A stretch of DNA of 64,000 nucleotides, taken from NCBI GenBank assembly GCA_041653515.1, contig JBAZFG010000004.1, forward strand, positions 6,568 to 70,567. The letters run 5' to 3'. Source of the DNA: Candidatus Nanoarchaeia archaeon (GTDB lineage Archaea > Nanobdellota > Nanobdellia > WJKC01). Below, piece after piece: positions 44,356-58,069 of the stretch. Below the pieces are notes generated by a model. The model was given only the letters and a program-made list of their open reading frames with translations, was not told the origin of the DNA and searched no databases. The translations under genes and the position numbers were made by a program. Each line of letters begins with the position of its first letter. Position 1 is the first letter of the stretch.

Positions 44356-46157
44356 TGAGTGATATTTACCTTAATGGTGTTTTCCTTGGCGTAACTGAGA
44401 AACCAGTTGATTTTGTTAATAAATTAAGGGTTAAGCGACGCAAAGGTGATTTAATTGGTATGATGAACGTCTCTTATGATGAGGAGTATGATAATGTTGA
44501 GATTTCAACTGAAAAGGGCAGGGCTAGACGACCATTAATTGTTGTCAAGAACGGCGTCCCATTATTAACTAAAGAATTAATGAATAAGTTATCAAAAGAT
44601 GAGATTGATTGGGATGGTTTAGTTAAGTTAGGTGTTATTGAATATTTAGACGCTAATGAAGAGGATAATACTAAGATTGCAATTAATGAAAGTGCGATCA
44701 CTGATGAACATACTCACTTGGAGATTAGTCCTTTAGTAATATTTGGTAATCAAGCATCACTGGTTCCTTATGCAGGGCATAACATGGCTACTAGAATTAT
44801 TTTTGGTTCAAAAATGACTAAGCAGGGCTTGGGTATTTATGCTAGTAATTACTTGTTGCGTGATGATACTAATGCGCACATAATGCATTATGCTCAGAAA
44901 CCATTAATCTCAACAGTAATGTATGATTTAATGAATTATGACCTTCATCCGTTTGGTATGAACGTTGTTGTTGCAGTAATGCCATGGGATGGTTATAATA
45001 TGGAGGACTCAATTGTTATTAATAAATCATCAGTTGATCGCGGTTTATTTAGGAATAATTCTTTCAAGCCAACTAAATGTGAAGAATTAAGATATGCTGG
45101 TGGTATCAAAGATAAGATTGGTATTCCTGATAAAGATGTTAGTGGTTATCGAACAGAAGAATCTTATGCTCATTTAGAAGAAGATGGTATTATTCACCCT
45201 GAAGCTAAAGCTAAACCATATGAAGTATTAGTTGGCAAGACTAGCCCACCAAGGTTTATGACTAGTGTTGAAGAATTCAGGGTTAGTGTTGAGTCAAGGA
45301 AAGAGACTAGTGCAGCCATGAAGAGTGATGAGAATGGTGTGGTTGACTCAGTTATGATCACTGAGAGTGGTGAAGGTAATAAGATGGTTAAAGTAATTAT
45401 TAGAGAAGAGCACATCCCTGAATTAGGTGATAAGTTTGCGAGCCGTTATGGCCAAAAAGGTATTATTGGTATGACTGTGCCCCAAAATTCGATGCCTTTC
45501 ACTGCGTCAGGTGTTGTGCCAGATATTATTTTCAGTCCATTAAGTATTCCATCAAGAATGACTTATGCTCAGGTGCTTGAGTGTGTTGGTGGCAAAGCAT
45601 CAGCCATGAGTGGTGAGGTTATTGACGCAACTAGTTTTGAGGCCACGCCTGAGGATAAGCTTAGGAGTATGTTGTTAAGTATGGGCTTTAGGGATAATGG
45701 CACTGAAGCAATGTATGATGGTCGAACTGGTAGGATGTATAAAGCTCGAATTATGATTGGTAATATGTTTTATATGAAATTAAAATACCTTGTCTCAGGC
45801 AAGATACAAGCTCGTGGTAGGGGCAGGCTTCAATTATTAACACGACAACCAACTGAGGGTCGCGCTAAGGAAGGTGGTCTTAGATTAGGTGAAATGGAAA
45901 AGGATTGTCTTATTAGTCATGGTTCAAGCCTGTTATTACAGGAAAGGTTTAATAGTGATAGAGCGATTATTCCTATTTGTAAGAAATGTGGTTTAGTTGC
46001 TATTTACAATAAGTTCAAGAATAAGGGTTTATGCCCTGTTTGTGGTGATAAAAGCGAAATAGTATTAGTTGAGATGAGTTATGCGTTTAAGTTGTTATTA
46101 GATGAATTAAAATCATTATGTATTTATCCACAATTAAAGGTTAAGGAGAAAAATTAA
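44355..46157 (+). CDS. rpoB1: RNA polymerase subunit B' (C-terminal half of split B)
   Basis: 600 aa with C-terminal Zn-binding CKKCGLVA...CPVCGDK. ATGA overlap with the upstream gene. Confidence 0.9.
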   Translation: MSDIYLNGVFLGVTEKPVDFVNKLRVKRRKGDLIGMMNVSYDEEYDNVEISTEKGRARRPLIVVKNGVPLLTKELMNKLSKDEIDWDGLVKLGVIEYLDANEEDNTKIAINESAITDEHTHLEISPLVIFGNQASLVPYAGHNMATRIIFGSKMTKQGLGIYASNYLLRDDTNAHIMHYAQKPLISTVMYDLMNYDLHPFGMNVVVAVMPWDGYNMEDSIVINKSSVDRGLFRNNSFKPTKCEELRYAGGIKDKIGIPDKDVSGYRTEESYAHLEEDGIIHPEAKAKPYEVLVGKTSPPRFMTSVEEFRVSVESRKETSAAMKSDENGVVDSVMITESGEGNKMVKVIIREEHIPELGDKFASRYGQKGIIGMTVPQNSMPFTASGVVPDIIFSPLSIPSRMTYAQVLECVGGKASAMSGEVIDATSFEATPEDKLRSMLLSMGFRDNGTEAMYDGRTGRMYKARIMIGNMFYMKLKYLVSGKIQARGRGRLQLLTRQPTEGRAKEGGLRLGEMEKDCLISHGSSLLLQERFNSDRAIIPICKKCGLVAIYNKFKNKGLCPVCGDKSEIVLVEMSYAFKLLLDELKSLCIYPQLKVKEKN

Positions 46158-46158
46158 A

Positions 46159-50021
<3,863 letters not shown>

Positions 50022-50025
<4 letters not shown>

Positions 50026-50456
50026 GTAGTAATCTTAAAATAATTTTTGATAATGAGTGTCTTAAGCATATTAATTTATTTCAATCAATTACTAAAGCAA
50101 GTGTTAAGGATTGTATTATTGATTTGGATAAAATAATGTTTGTTGTTAAAGAAGGTCAAGCTGGGTTAGCTATTGGTAAGAATGGAGCTAATATTAAGAA
50201 TTTACAGCGATTAATTAAGAAAAAAGTTGAGATTATTGAGTTTAATAATGACTTAAAATCTTTTTTGGATAATATTTTTAGGCCAGTCAAAGTTAAGGAA
50301 TCAGTTAATGTTGATGGTGGTAATCGACGGGTTGTTAAGGTATCTGTTGAGAATGATAATCACATTAATTCTAAATCTTATGTTAAGAGCAAGGTTAAGA
50401 AAGCTCGTGGATTATTAAAGAGATATTTTAATATTGATGACATTAACATTGTTTAG
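50022..50456 (+). CDS. nusA: Archaeal NusA-like KH-domain protein
   Basis: Two KH segments with GQAGLAIGKNGANIKNLQ. ATGA overlap. Confidence 0.8.
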
Positions 50457-50496
50457 AGGAAATATTTAAAAAGCCTTCGGGGTTTTCTTTTAGAGT

Positions 50497-50931
50497 ATGA
50501 AAAAGCCTAATGGTTTATTTGCAGGCAGAGCATTGCTTAGCCGGCGCAAGAAGTTTAAGACTGCTAAGAAGGGTTATAAGATGAAAAAGTTAGGCTTGAG
50601 TTTCAAGCATGACCCTTTAGAGGGTTCGCCTAGAGCTAAGGGTATTGTAATGCTTAAGTGTAATGTTTCTTGTAAACAACCACACTCAGCTTTGCGTAAG
50701 TGTGTTGTGGTTCAATTAATTAAAAATGGTAAGAACGTGACTGCGTTCGTGCCTGGAACAGGCGCTATTAAGCATGTTGATGAGCATAACACTGTTTTAA
50801 TTGAGCGTATTGGTGGCCCAATGGGTGGTAGTAAGGGCGATATTCCTGGTGTTAAATTCAAAGTAGTTAGTGTTAATGGTGTTAGTTTGCCAATGCTTAT
50901 TGCAGGCAAGAAGGAGAAACCAGTTAGATGA
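50497..50931 (+). CDS. rps12: Ribosomal protein S12 (uS12)
   Basis: [48 protein letters not shown]. Confidence 0.9.
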   Translation: MKKPNGLFAGRALLSRRKKFKTAKKGYKMKKLGLSFKHDPLEGSPRAKGIVMLKCNVSCKQPHSALRKCVVVQLIKNGKNVTAFVPGTGAIKHVDEHNTVLIERIGGPMGGSKGDIPGVKFKVVSVNGVSLPMLIAGKKEKPVR

Positions 50932-50937
50932 TGTTAA

Positions 50938-51621
50938 ATGGTTAAGAAATCTTTATTGCTGAAAGCAAAGGAAATTGAGGATAAGAAGATTGTTAAGAAA
51001 GGCGAGGAAGTCTTGATTGATTTTAGTGATATTAAATTGTTTGATAAGTGGGATACTAATAATATTGAGGTTAAGGATGAGGGTTTGAAGCGTTATATTA
51101 ATCTTAAACCAGTAATCGTGCCTAAGACTCATGGTCGTAACCAAAAGACTCGTTTCTGGAAGAGTAAACAACATATTGTTGAGCGATTAATGAATCATGT
51201 GCCTGTTAGTGGTCATAAGGGCAAGAAGCATTATTGGAGTAGTGCTGAGCAGATTGGTGAGGGTCATACTATTTTTATGGTTATGATTAAGGCTTTAACT
51301 GAGATTGAGCGTAAGACTAAAATAAACCCTGTTGAAGTGATTGTTCGGGCGATTGAGAAGTCTTCACCGCGCGAGGAAGTCACAACAGTTCAGTATGGTG
51401 GTATTAAGCATCCTAAAGCAGTTGATTGCGCGCCTCAGCGAAGGGTTGATTTAGCGCTTCGTTGGATGAGTCAGGGCGCTTTCCAAGCGAGCAATAAGGG
51501 TAAACGTCGTATTTGGAGCACTTTATCTGATGAGATTATTGCTGCTTACAATAATGACCGTAAGAGTTTAGCTATTAGTAAGAAATTTGAGACTGAACGA
51601 CAAGCTGCTGCCAGCAGGTAA
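50938..51621 (+). CDS. rps7: Ribosomal protein S7 (uS7)
   Basis: 227-aa uS7/eS5-type sequence, in the canonical S12-S7 order. Confidence 0.9.
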   Translation: MVKKSLLLKAKEIEDKKIVKKGEEVLIDFSDIKLFDKWDTNNIEVKDEGLKRYINLKPVIVPKTHGRNQKTRFWKSKQHIVERLMNHVPVSGHKGKKHYWSSAEQIGEGHTIFMVMIKALTEIERKTKINPVEVIVRAIEKSSPREEVTTVQYGGIKHPKAVDCAPQRRVDLALRWMSQGAFQASNKGKRRIWSTLSDEIIAAYNNDRKSLAISKKFETERQAAASR

Positions 51622-51714
51622 AATTGATTTTTTCTAATAATTAATATTATTCTTTGGGGTGAAGCCCTTTCTTTTTAAGAAAGGGTTTCTTTGAGACTGA
51701 ACGACAAGCTGCTG
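51589..51714 (+). repeat. rps7 3'-end duplication: 22-nt direct repeat flanking a hairpin-bearing insert
   Basis: GAGACTGAACGACAAGCTGCTG at 51589-51610 (the live end, ..GCCAGCAGGTAA) and at 51693-51714 (ghost, ..GTATCAAGATAA = ETERQAAVSR*). Between them lies the hairpin GAAGCCCTTTCTT-TTTAAG-AAAGGGTTTCTT (51661-51692). Confidence 0.8.
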
Positions 51715-51736
51715 TATCAAGATAAAAAAAGATTAA

Positions 51737-52654
51737 TTATATTTTTTTCTCAATATTCTTAATTAAACTTAATAGACCATTTCTATCATTCTTTATTAGT
51801 ATTGATACTTGGTTATTGTTTACTCGACAAACATTGAATTCTTTTAGGCAATTATAGAATTCGACTGTAAGTGATTCATCAAGATTTTCAGGCGGGGTTA
51901 GCGTGTAATCAGTGTTTTTATTAATGAATTGTTCTTCAACGTAGTTTATTACTGATTCAATGGCAGTTTTTTTAATATAACAATCAAGTTCTTTGGATGA
52001 TTTTCTAATTTCTTTCTTTTTTAACAAAGCGCTTAGTTCTTTTAAGTCTGTGTTAATGCCATTAATTTGTTGCTCAAGTTTTTTGATAGTAGTATCTTTA
52101 TGTAAGAAGCGTTGTTGATAAGCAGATAATTCTTCCTTAACAACTATTAAGTTAGATTCTCTTTGCTCAATAGCCTCTTTTAATGAATTAATTAATTTAG
52201 GGTAATTATCCTCTAATAATAACATGTAATCATTAAGCACCCTAAGAGTGAGAGATGGATTAGGCTTGTTAAAGTAATAATTATTATTTTTGCGTTTAAT
52301 TATTATATTTTCAGTTAATTGATTAATGGCTTCCTCAATGAGTGGTTTTTCACATTTAACAAAGTCAGGGTTAATTTCTTTTAAGTGATTAATTAATGAT
52401 TTAAACTCAGTCAATCCTTTATTGGATTCATTAAAGTCATAAACTGCTTGTTCCATTGACTTGCAATCCTCAAATAAGTAAGCATTATTTTTTAATAACT
52501 CTTTTTTATCATTAATACATTTAATCTGGTTATCAATAGTCATATAACCTTTTTTAGCTAATAGAGCATTAAGCGCAAAACTACCCATACAATTAATCTC
52601 TGTTGATAATAATTCAAGCTCTAATGTCCGATAAGCCTTATTTTCACGATACAT
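51737..52654 (-). CDS. Hypothetical coiled-coil protein inserted on the opposite strand between rps7 and EF-2
   Basis: 305-aa K/E/N-rich helical ORF interrupting the conserved S12-S7-EF2 array. Confidence 0.4.
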   Translation of the reverse strand: MYRENKAYRTLELELLSTEINCMGSFALNALLAKKGYMTIDNQIKCINDKKELLKNNAYLFEDCKSMEQAVYDFNESNKGLTEFKSLINHLKEINPDFVKCEKPLIEEAINQLTENIIIKRKNNNYYFNKPNPSLTLRVLNDYMLLLEDNYPKLINSLKEAIEQRESNLIVVKEELSAYQQRFLHKDTTIKKLEQQINGINTDLKELSALLKKKEIRKSSKELDCYIKKTAIESVINYVEEQFINKNTDYTLTPPENLDESLTVEFYNCLKEFNVCRVNNNQVSILIKNDRNGLLSLIKNIEKKI

Positions 52655-52739
52655 AAATGATTACTCCTAACTAAGCCCTTTTAAACTTTATGAATTAATA
52701 GTAATCTTTAAAAACGGTTGGTCTTTCATTTTTTCGTAT

Positions 52740-54914
52740 ATGGCTAAGTTTGATGATAAAATAGCTTTTCTTCATAAGAAACAAGCTCAGATTAGGAATA
52801 TGGGTATTATTGCTCATATTGACCATGGTAAGTCAACTTTAAGTGACTCATTATTGGCTGGTGCTGGTATGATGCGGATGGAGCAAGCTGGTACTCGCCG
52901 GATGACTGATACAACTGATGAAGAGCAACAAAGAGGTATTACTATTCAGAACACTGGTGTTAGCATGATTCATAATGTTAATGATATTGATTATTTAATT
53001 AACTTAATTGACACGCCAGGCCACGTTGATTTTGGCGGTGAGGTCACAAGGGCTTTGCGAGCAGTTGATGGCGCGTTAGTGGTTGTTTGCGCAGTTGAGG
53101 GCGCGATGCCTCAAACTGAGACTGTATTAAAGCAAGCGCTTAAGGAGCGAGTTAAACCAGTTTTATTCATTAACAAAGTTGACCGATTATTAAAAGAATT
53201 AAAACTCACACCTGAGCAAATGCAGGAGCGTTTCCTTAGGATTATTGCTAAGGTTAATCAAATTATTTATGATAACGCGCCTGCTGACTTGAAGAATAAA
53301 TGGCAGATTAATGTTAATGATGGCACAGTTGCTTTTGGCACAGCAGTTGACCGTTGGGGCCTGAGCGTGCCTGTAATGAAGCAGAAAGGAATGACTTTCA
53401 AGGATGTATTAGATGCTTATTATAAGGGTGGTAAAGAAGCAATTAATGAATTAGGTGATAAAGCACCGGTTCACTCAGTTATCCTTGATATGGTAACCAA
53501 GCACTTGCCTAACCCGATTGAGGCTCAGAAGATGAGGATACCAATTTTATGGCATGGGGACCTTAATAGTGTTGTTGGTAAATCATTAATGAACTGTGAC
53601 CCTGAAGGCCCATTAGTATTCATTGTTACTAAAATATTTAATGACCCACAAGCAGGTGAGTTAGCTTTTGGTAGAGTCTTTAGCGGCACTTTAAGGCAGG
53701 GTAATGAAGTTTACATGGTTAACGCTAAAACTGACTCGCGGTTCCAGCAAGTATTCATCATGAAGTTAGATAAGCGTGAGATTGTTGATAGTGTGCCTGC
53801 AGGTAATATTGGCACAGTTATTGGTTTGAAAGGGGTTGGTAGTGGTGAAACTGTTTGTCAGGATAAAGAGATGATTGGTTTTGAAAAAATTAAACATATG
53901 TTTGACCCAGTAGTTACTAAGAGTATTGAACCTAAGGACCCTCAAAAACTTGTTAAGTTAATCAAATTATTAAGGAATTTACAGCAAGAAGACCCAACTA
54001 TGAGAACCACTATTAATGAAGAGACAGGTGAGTGTCTTATCTCTGGTTTAGGTGAGCTTCACTTAGAGATTATTGAGCATAAGATTGAGCGCGATAATGA
54101 TATTCCAATTGTTACTAGCCCGCCAATTGTTGTTTATCGTGAGAGTATTGGTAAAAAGAGTAATGTTGAGTTTGGTAAGAGTCCTAACAAGCATAATCAT
54201 TTCTTCTTCCTGATTGAGCCTATGCCAACTAATATTTATGACGCATTAGCTAAAGGTGAGTTAAATGATATGGAAATTAAGAAGAAACATAATGATGTTA
54301 TTGATAAATTAATTGATATTGGCGTTGACCGAGAGGAAGCTAAGCGTATTAGGAGTATTTACAAGAAGAATATGTTGATTGACGGCACTAAGGGTATTGT
54401 TCAGATTGGTGAGGTCATTGGGTTAGTTATTGATGGTTTCAAACAAGTAATTAATGCAGGCCCATTAGCTAAGGAGCCTTGTGAGGGCATTAAGGTTACT
54501 TTCACTGATTGTAAGTTGCACGAGGACGCGATTCATCGAGGTCCGGCTCAGGTTTACCCAGCTGTTAGGGAAGGTATTCGTTTTTGTTTTAATAGCGCTG
54601 AAGCACAATTATTAGAGCCAGTACAAATAAGACAGATAGAAGCGCCTAATGAATTCATGGGCTCTTTATCTAAGATTGTTCAGTCAAGGCGCGGTAAGTT
54701 GATGAGCATGGACCAAGAAAATAATAATGTTATTATTAAAGCTGAATTACCTGTTTCTGAATCATTTGGTTTCACGAGCACTCTTCGAAGCGCAACTGAA
54801 GGCCGTGGAGTCTGGTTCTTAATTGACAGTAAGTATCAGCCAGTACCTAAGTCATTGCAGGATGAAGTTGTTAAGAAGATTAGGCAACGCAAAGGCATGA
54901 AGACTGAAGAGTAA
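52740..54914 (+). CDS. fusA: Elongation factor aEF-2
   Basis: AHIDHGKST, DTPGHVDF, and the diphthamide-loop region HRGPAQ. Confidence 0.9.
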   Translation: MAKFDDKIAFLHKKQAQIRNMGIIAHIDHGKSTLSDSLLAGAGMMRMEQAGTRRMTDTTDEEQQRGITIQNTGVSMIHNVNDIDYLINLIDTPGHVDFGGEVTRALRAVDGALVVVCAVEGAMPQTETVLKQALKERVKPVLFINKVDRLLKELKLTPEQMQERFLRIIAKVNQIIYDNAPADLKNKWQINVNDGTVAFGTAVDRWGLSVPVMKQKGMTFKDVLDAYYKGGKEAINELGDKAPVHSVILDMVTKHLPNPIEAQKMRIPILWHGDLNSVVGKSLMNCDPEGPLVFIVTKIFNDPQAGELAFGRVFSGTLRQGNEVYMVNAKTDSRFQQVFIMKLDKREIVDSVPAGNIGTVIGLKGVGSGETVCQDKEMIGFEKIKHMFDPVVTKSIEPKDPQKLVKLIKLLRNLQQEDPTMRTTINEETGECLISGLGELHLEIIEHKIERDNDIPIVTSPPIVVYRESIGKKSNVEFGKSPNKHNHFFFLIEPMPTNIYDALAKGELNDMEIKKKHNDVIDKLIDIGVDREEAKRIRSIYKKNMLIDGTKGIVQIGEVIGLVIDGFKQVINAGPLAKEPCEGIKVTFTDCKLHEDAIHRGPAQVYPAVREGIRFCFNSAEAQLLEPVQIRQIEAPNEFMGSLSKIVQSRRGKLMSMDQENNNVIIKAELPVSESFGFTSTLRSATEGRGVWFLIDSKYQPVPKSLQDEVVKKIRQRKGMKTEE

Positions 54915-54968
54915 ATTCTTTAGTGTTAATAGTAATCTTTTTAAAGTCATTCTATTTTTCATCTGGTT

Positions 54969-56237
54969 ATGGCAAAGAAAGAACACTTAAACCTTGTATT
55001 CGTTGGTCACGTTGATCATGGTAAGTCTACTTTAATTGGTAGTATCTTCCACATGACCGGCGCTTTAAGCCCTCAAGAACTAGAAAAGTTCAAGGCTAAG
55101 GCCAAAGAGTACGGTAAGGCTACATGGGAGTTTGCTTACTTGACAGACGCTACTGAGCAGGAGCGAAAGAGGGGTGTAACTATTGAGTTATCCCACAAGA
55201 AGTTCGAGACAAACAAGTATATGTTCACAATTATTGATGCCCCTGGACACAAGGACTTCATTAAGAACATGATTACTGGCGCGTCACAGGGCGATGCTGC
55301 TGTTCTTGTCGTAGCTGCTAGTGAAGGCGTTATGCCTCAAACCAAAGAGCACATATTCCTTTGCAGGACTCAAGGCATCAAGCAATTAATGGTTGCTGTT
55401 AATAAGATGGATTTGATTGACTACAAAGAGGATAAGTTCAAGAAATTGGTTGAGGACTTGAAGGTATGGATTAGAAGCGCAGGTTTTAACCCTGACACTA
55501 TTAAGTTCATTCCTGTTAGCGCAGTCACTCAAGAGAACTTGGTTAAGAAGAGCGATAAGATGCCATGGTATACAGGTAAGTCATTAGTAGAAGAGCTTGA
55601 TGAACTTCAAATGCCTGAGAAACCTACTTCGTTACCATTAAGGATTCCAATTCAGGATGTTTATAGCATTACTGGTATTGGCGCAGTCCCTGTTGGTAAA
55701 GTACAGACTGGTGTTATGAAGATTGGCGACAAAGTCGTCTTTAAGCCAAGCGGTGCTGCTGGTGAAGTTAAGACCATTGAAATGCATCACGAGACAGTGC
55801 CTCAGGTTGAGCCAGGTGATAATATTGGTTTCAACGTTAGGGGTGTTGGTAAAGGCGATGCTAAGCGCGGAGACGTTTGCGGTCACGCTGATAACCCGCC
55901 AACTGTTGCTAAACAGTTTAAGGCTCAGGTAATCATTATTGACCACCCAACTGTTATCACGCCTGGTTACACACCTGTATTCCACTGCGGTACTGCGCAA
56001 GTCGCGTGCAGCTTCAAGCAATTACTTGCTAAAGTTGACGCTAGGACTGGTGCGGTTAAAGAAGAGAACCCTGACGTTTTACGTAAGGGCGACGCTGCAA
56101 TTGTTATTATCGAACCTAACAAGCCGATGGTTATTGAAGAGAAGGGTGTAGTCCCTCAATTGAGTAACTTCGCTATTAGGGATATGGGTAAGACGATTGG
56201 CGCAGGTATGTGCATCAAAGTGCTTGAGAAAGCATAG
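54969..56237 (+). CDS. tuf: Elongation factor aEF-1 alpha
   Basis: [17 protein letters not shown] and NKMD motifs. Confidence 0.9.
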   Translation: MAKKEHLNLVFVGHVDHGKSTLIGSIFHMTGALSPQELEKFKAKAKEYGKATWEFAYLTDATEQERKRGVTIELSHKKFETNKYMFTIIDAPGHKDFIKNMITGASQGDAAVLVVAASEGVMPQTKEHIFLCRTQGIKQLMVAVNKMDLIDYKEDKFKKLVEDLKVWIRSAGFNPDTIKFIPVSAVTQENLVKKSDKMPWYTGKSLVEELDELQMPEKPTSLPLRIPIQDVYSITGIGAVPVGKVQTGVMKIGDKVVFKPSGAAGEVKTIEMHHETVPQVEPGDNIGFNVRGVGKGDAKRGDVCGHADNPPTVAKQFKAQVIIIDHPTVITPGYTPVFHCGTAQVACSFKQLLAKVDARTGAVKEENPDVLRKGDAAIVIIEPNKPMVIEEKGVVPQLSNFAIRDMGKTIGAGMCIKVLEKA

Positions 56238-56331
56238 AATCCCATTCTAATTTTTTGAATTTTAATTTTATTTTTTATTTTTCATAATAACTAAATGTTT
56301 TTATATTAAAATTTAATGGGAGTTCTCCCTA

Positions 56332-56784
56332 ATGGTGAACCTTAATTTCTCTAATGAAGTTTTTTTCTGCCTGCCAGTTAGTGAAAATGAGTTTGATGAC
56401 TTAATGATTGGCCTAGACTCGCTTGAAAACCGATTAAATAATACTAAGCGGGTTTTAAGTAATAATTATTTTAATGATTGGTTATTCTTTAACTCAATTA
56501 ATATTTCGTTAAGTTTATTAGAGATTTATTGTCATTTAAGTAATAAAACTGTTAATTATTTATCACGGTTTAATGATTTAACTGATGAGCATCATAAGAA
56601 GATTTTTGGTTTCACTAAAGATGAACCTGAAGTGCGTTCAAAAAGGTATTCTTTATTTCAGAGTTATAACATACAATTAATCCCTAATAATCAGGAATAT
56701 GGTGATTCATTAAAAAAGCTTAAGATTCCTGATTATGCTAAACCTAATGCTATGTATCATATTGCTTTAAGCCAAAACCTTTAA
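56332..56784 (+). CDS. Hypothetical protein inserted between EF-1alpha and S10
   Basis: 150-aa ORF. Confidence 0.35.
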   Translation: MVNLNFSNEVFFCLPVSENEFDDLMIGLDSLENRLNNTKRVLSNNYFNDWLFFNSINISLSLLEIYCHLSNKTVNYLSRFNDLTDEHHKKIFGFTKDEPEVRSKRYSLFQSYNIQLIPNNQEYGDSLKKLKIPDYAKPNAMYHIALSQNL

Positions 56785-56810
56785 AAAGTGTTTGTTATTC
56801 TTTACTGCTT

Positions 56811-57122
56811 ATGAGTTCGAAAGCCCGAATTAAATTAAGTAGCACTGAACCTGAAGCACTTAATAGTATTTGCGAGCAAATTAAGGGCATTACTAGTCGG
56901 ACTGGGGTTGACATTAAAGGACCAGTGCCATTGCCGACTAAGAAGATTCGAATGGCTACTAGGCGTGCTATTAGTGGTGAGGGCAGGGAAACTTATGAGA
57001 GTTGGGAGTTAAGGATTCACAAGCGATTAATTGATATCCCAATGGATGAGCGCGCGTTAAGGCTGATAATGAGGATTGCCATCCCTAAGAGCGTTAACAT
57101 GGAAATGGAAATTACTGAGTAA
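56811..57122 (+). CDS. rps10: Ribosomal protein S10 (uS10)
   Basis: ARIKLSSTEPEALNSICEQIKGITSRTGVDIKGPVPLPTKKIRMATRRA. Confidence 0.85.
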   Translation: MSSKARIKLSSTEPEALNSICEQIKGITSRTGVDIKGPVPLPTKKIRMATRRAISGEGRETYESWELRIHKRLIDIPMDERALRLIMRIAIPKSVNMEMEITE

Positions 57123-57250
57123 AATATTTAATATTTAGTTCTTTTGGTCAAGGTTTTCTTGCTAAGAAAAGCTTGTTGGAAATGGAAATTACTGAGTAAA
57201 ATATTTAGTTCTTTTGGTCAAGGTTTTCTTGCTAAGAAAAGCTTGTTGGA
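57101..57250 (+). repeat. Tandem duplication (~73-77 bp x2) of the rps10 3' end (last 6 codons + stop) and its 3'UTR hairpin
   Basis: ggaaatggaaattactgagtaaaatattta[atattta]gttcttttggtcaaggttttcttgctaagaaaagcttgttgga at 57101-57180, and again without the 7-bp extra at 57178-57250. Contains the stem GGTTTTCTT-GCT-AAGAAAAGC. Confidence 0.85.
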
Positions 57251-57262
57251 ATAAAATAATTC

Positions 57263-57898
57263 TTAACGGTGCTTATACCTGCCTCTTGATTCAACAGTTA
57301 GTAATCGTTTAATTACTTCCCTGCCAATAGGGTAATGTTTCTCGTAAGCTTTTTTGAATAACTTCCATGCTTTATGGTAAACATTATAGTGACGGCTCAT
57401 CAAAGCTTGTTTTAGAACATGCAAGTCAACTGCTCTTGACTCAACTTTATCACTAACCTCGCTTAAACCAAAATCAATAATGAATAATTCACCCTCTTTT
57501 AGCAGCATATTACTTGTTGTTAAGTCGCCGTGAATAATATTATTAACATGCAATAAAGCCACTAAACGACCAACTTCTTTCATAACATTAAGATTATTAT
57601 CAAGCACATCACGCAGGACTGGCGCGTCAATGAAATCCATCGTGATTGAGTAATCAGTCACGCCGCGAACTCTTGGCACATTAATTAGTTTACCAGCCCG
57701 CTCCAGTAACCGCGCCTCGGCCTTAGTTCGCTGGCGACGCAACATTAAATCAAGCTCTTTAATACGATAAGACTTTTTCACCCGCGCCTTAATTAAAGTT
57801 GAACCATCACGCCATAACTTACTCTCAGCCCCTTGCGCAATAATCTGGCGCTTATTGCTCTTCGCTTCGCTCAGCCGCTCTTTATTATTTAACGCCAC
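57263..57898 (-). CDS. bud32: Bud32/PRPK-like protein kinase (KEOPS)
   Basis: RQIIAQGAESKLW, IIHGDLTTSNMLL, IIDFGLS. GTG start at 57898 with GAGGTGA SD 7 nt upstream. Adjacent to kae1. Confidence 0.75.
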   Translation of the reverse strand: MALNNKERLSEAKSNKRQIIAQGAESKLWRDGSTLIKARVKKSYRIKELDLMLRRQRTKAEARLLERAGKLINVPRVRGVTDYSITMDFIDAPVLRDVLDNNLNVMKEVGRLVALLHVNNIIHGDLTTSNMLLKEGELFIIDFGLSEVSDKVESRAVDLHVLKQALMSRHYNVYHKAWKLFKKAYEKHYPIGREVIKRLLTVESRGRYKHR

Positions 57899-58069
57899 TT
57901 AACTATCACCTCATCCCAAACCGCAGGGGGGACACCCCCCTTCAGTTCATGGCATCTCCTGATTCCCCCCGCAAAAACTAACGCCACTTAACTATCACCT
58001 CATCCAAACTTTTCCGCTCCGCGCAAAACCTTGACCAAAAAACTAACGCCACTTAACTATCACCTCATC
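57891..58069. repeat. Three direct copies of a 25-32-bp segment (kae1 3' end + bud32 RBS/start) separated by two different short inserts
   Basis: AACGCCACTTAACTATCACCTCATC at 57891-57915, 57980-58004 and 58045-58069. Spacer 1 contains the 51-bp GC-rich core. Spacer 2 = CAAACTTTTCCGCTCCGCGCAAAACCTTGACCAAAAAACT. Confidence 0.9.
57921..57971 (+). repeat. 51-bp GC-rich palindromic core element, copy 3
   Basis: Identical to 15921-15971 and in the same orientation. Confidence 0.9.
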
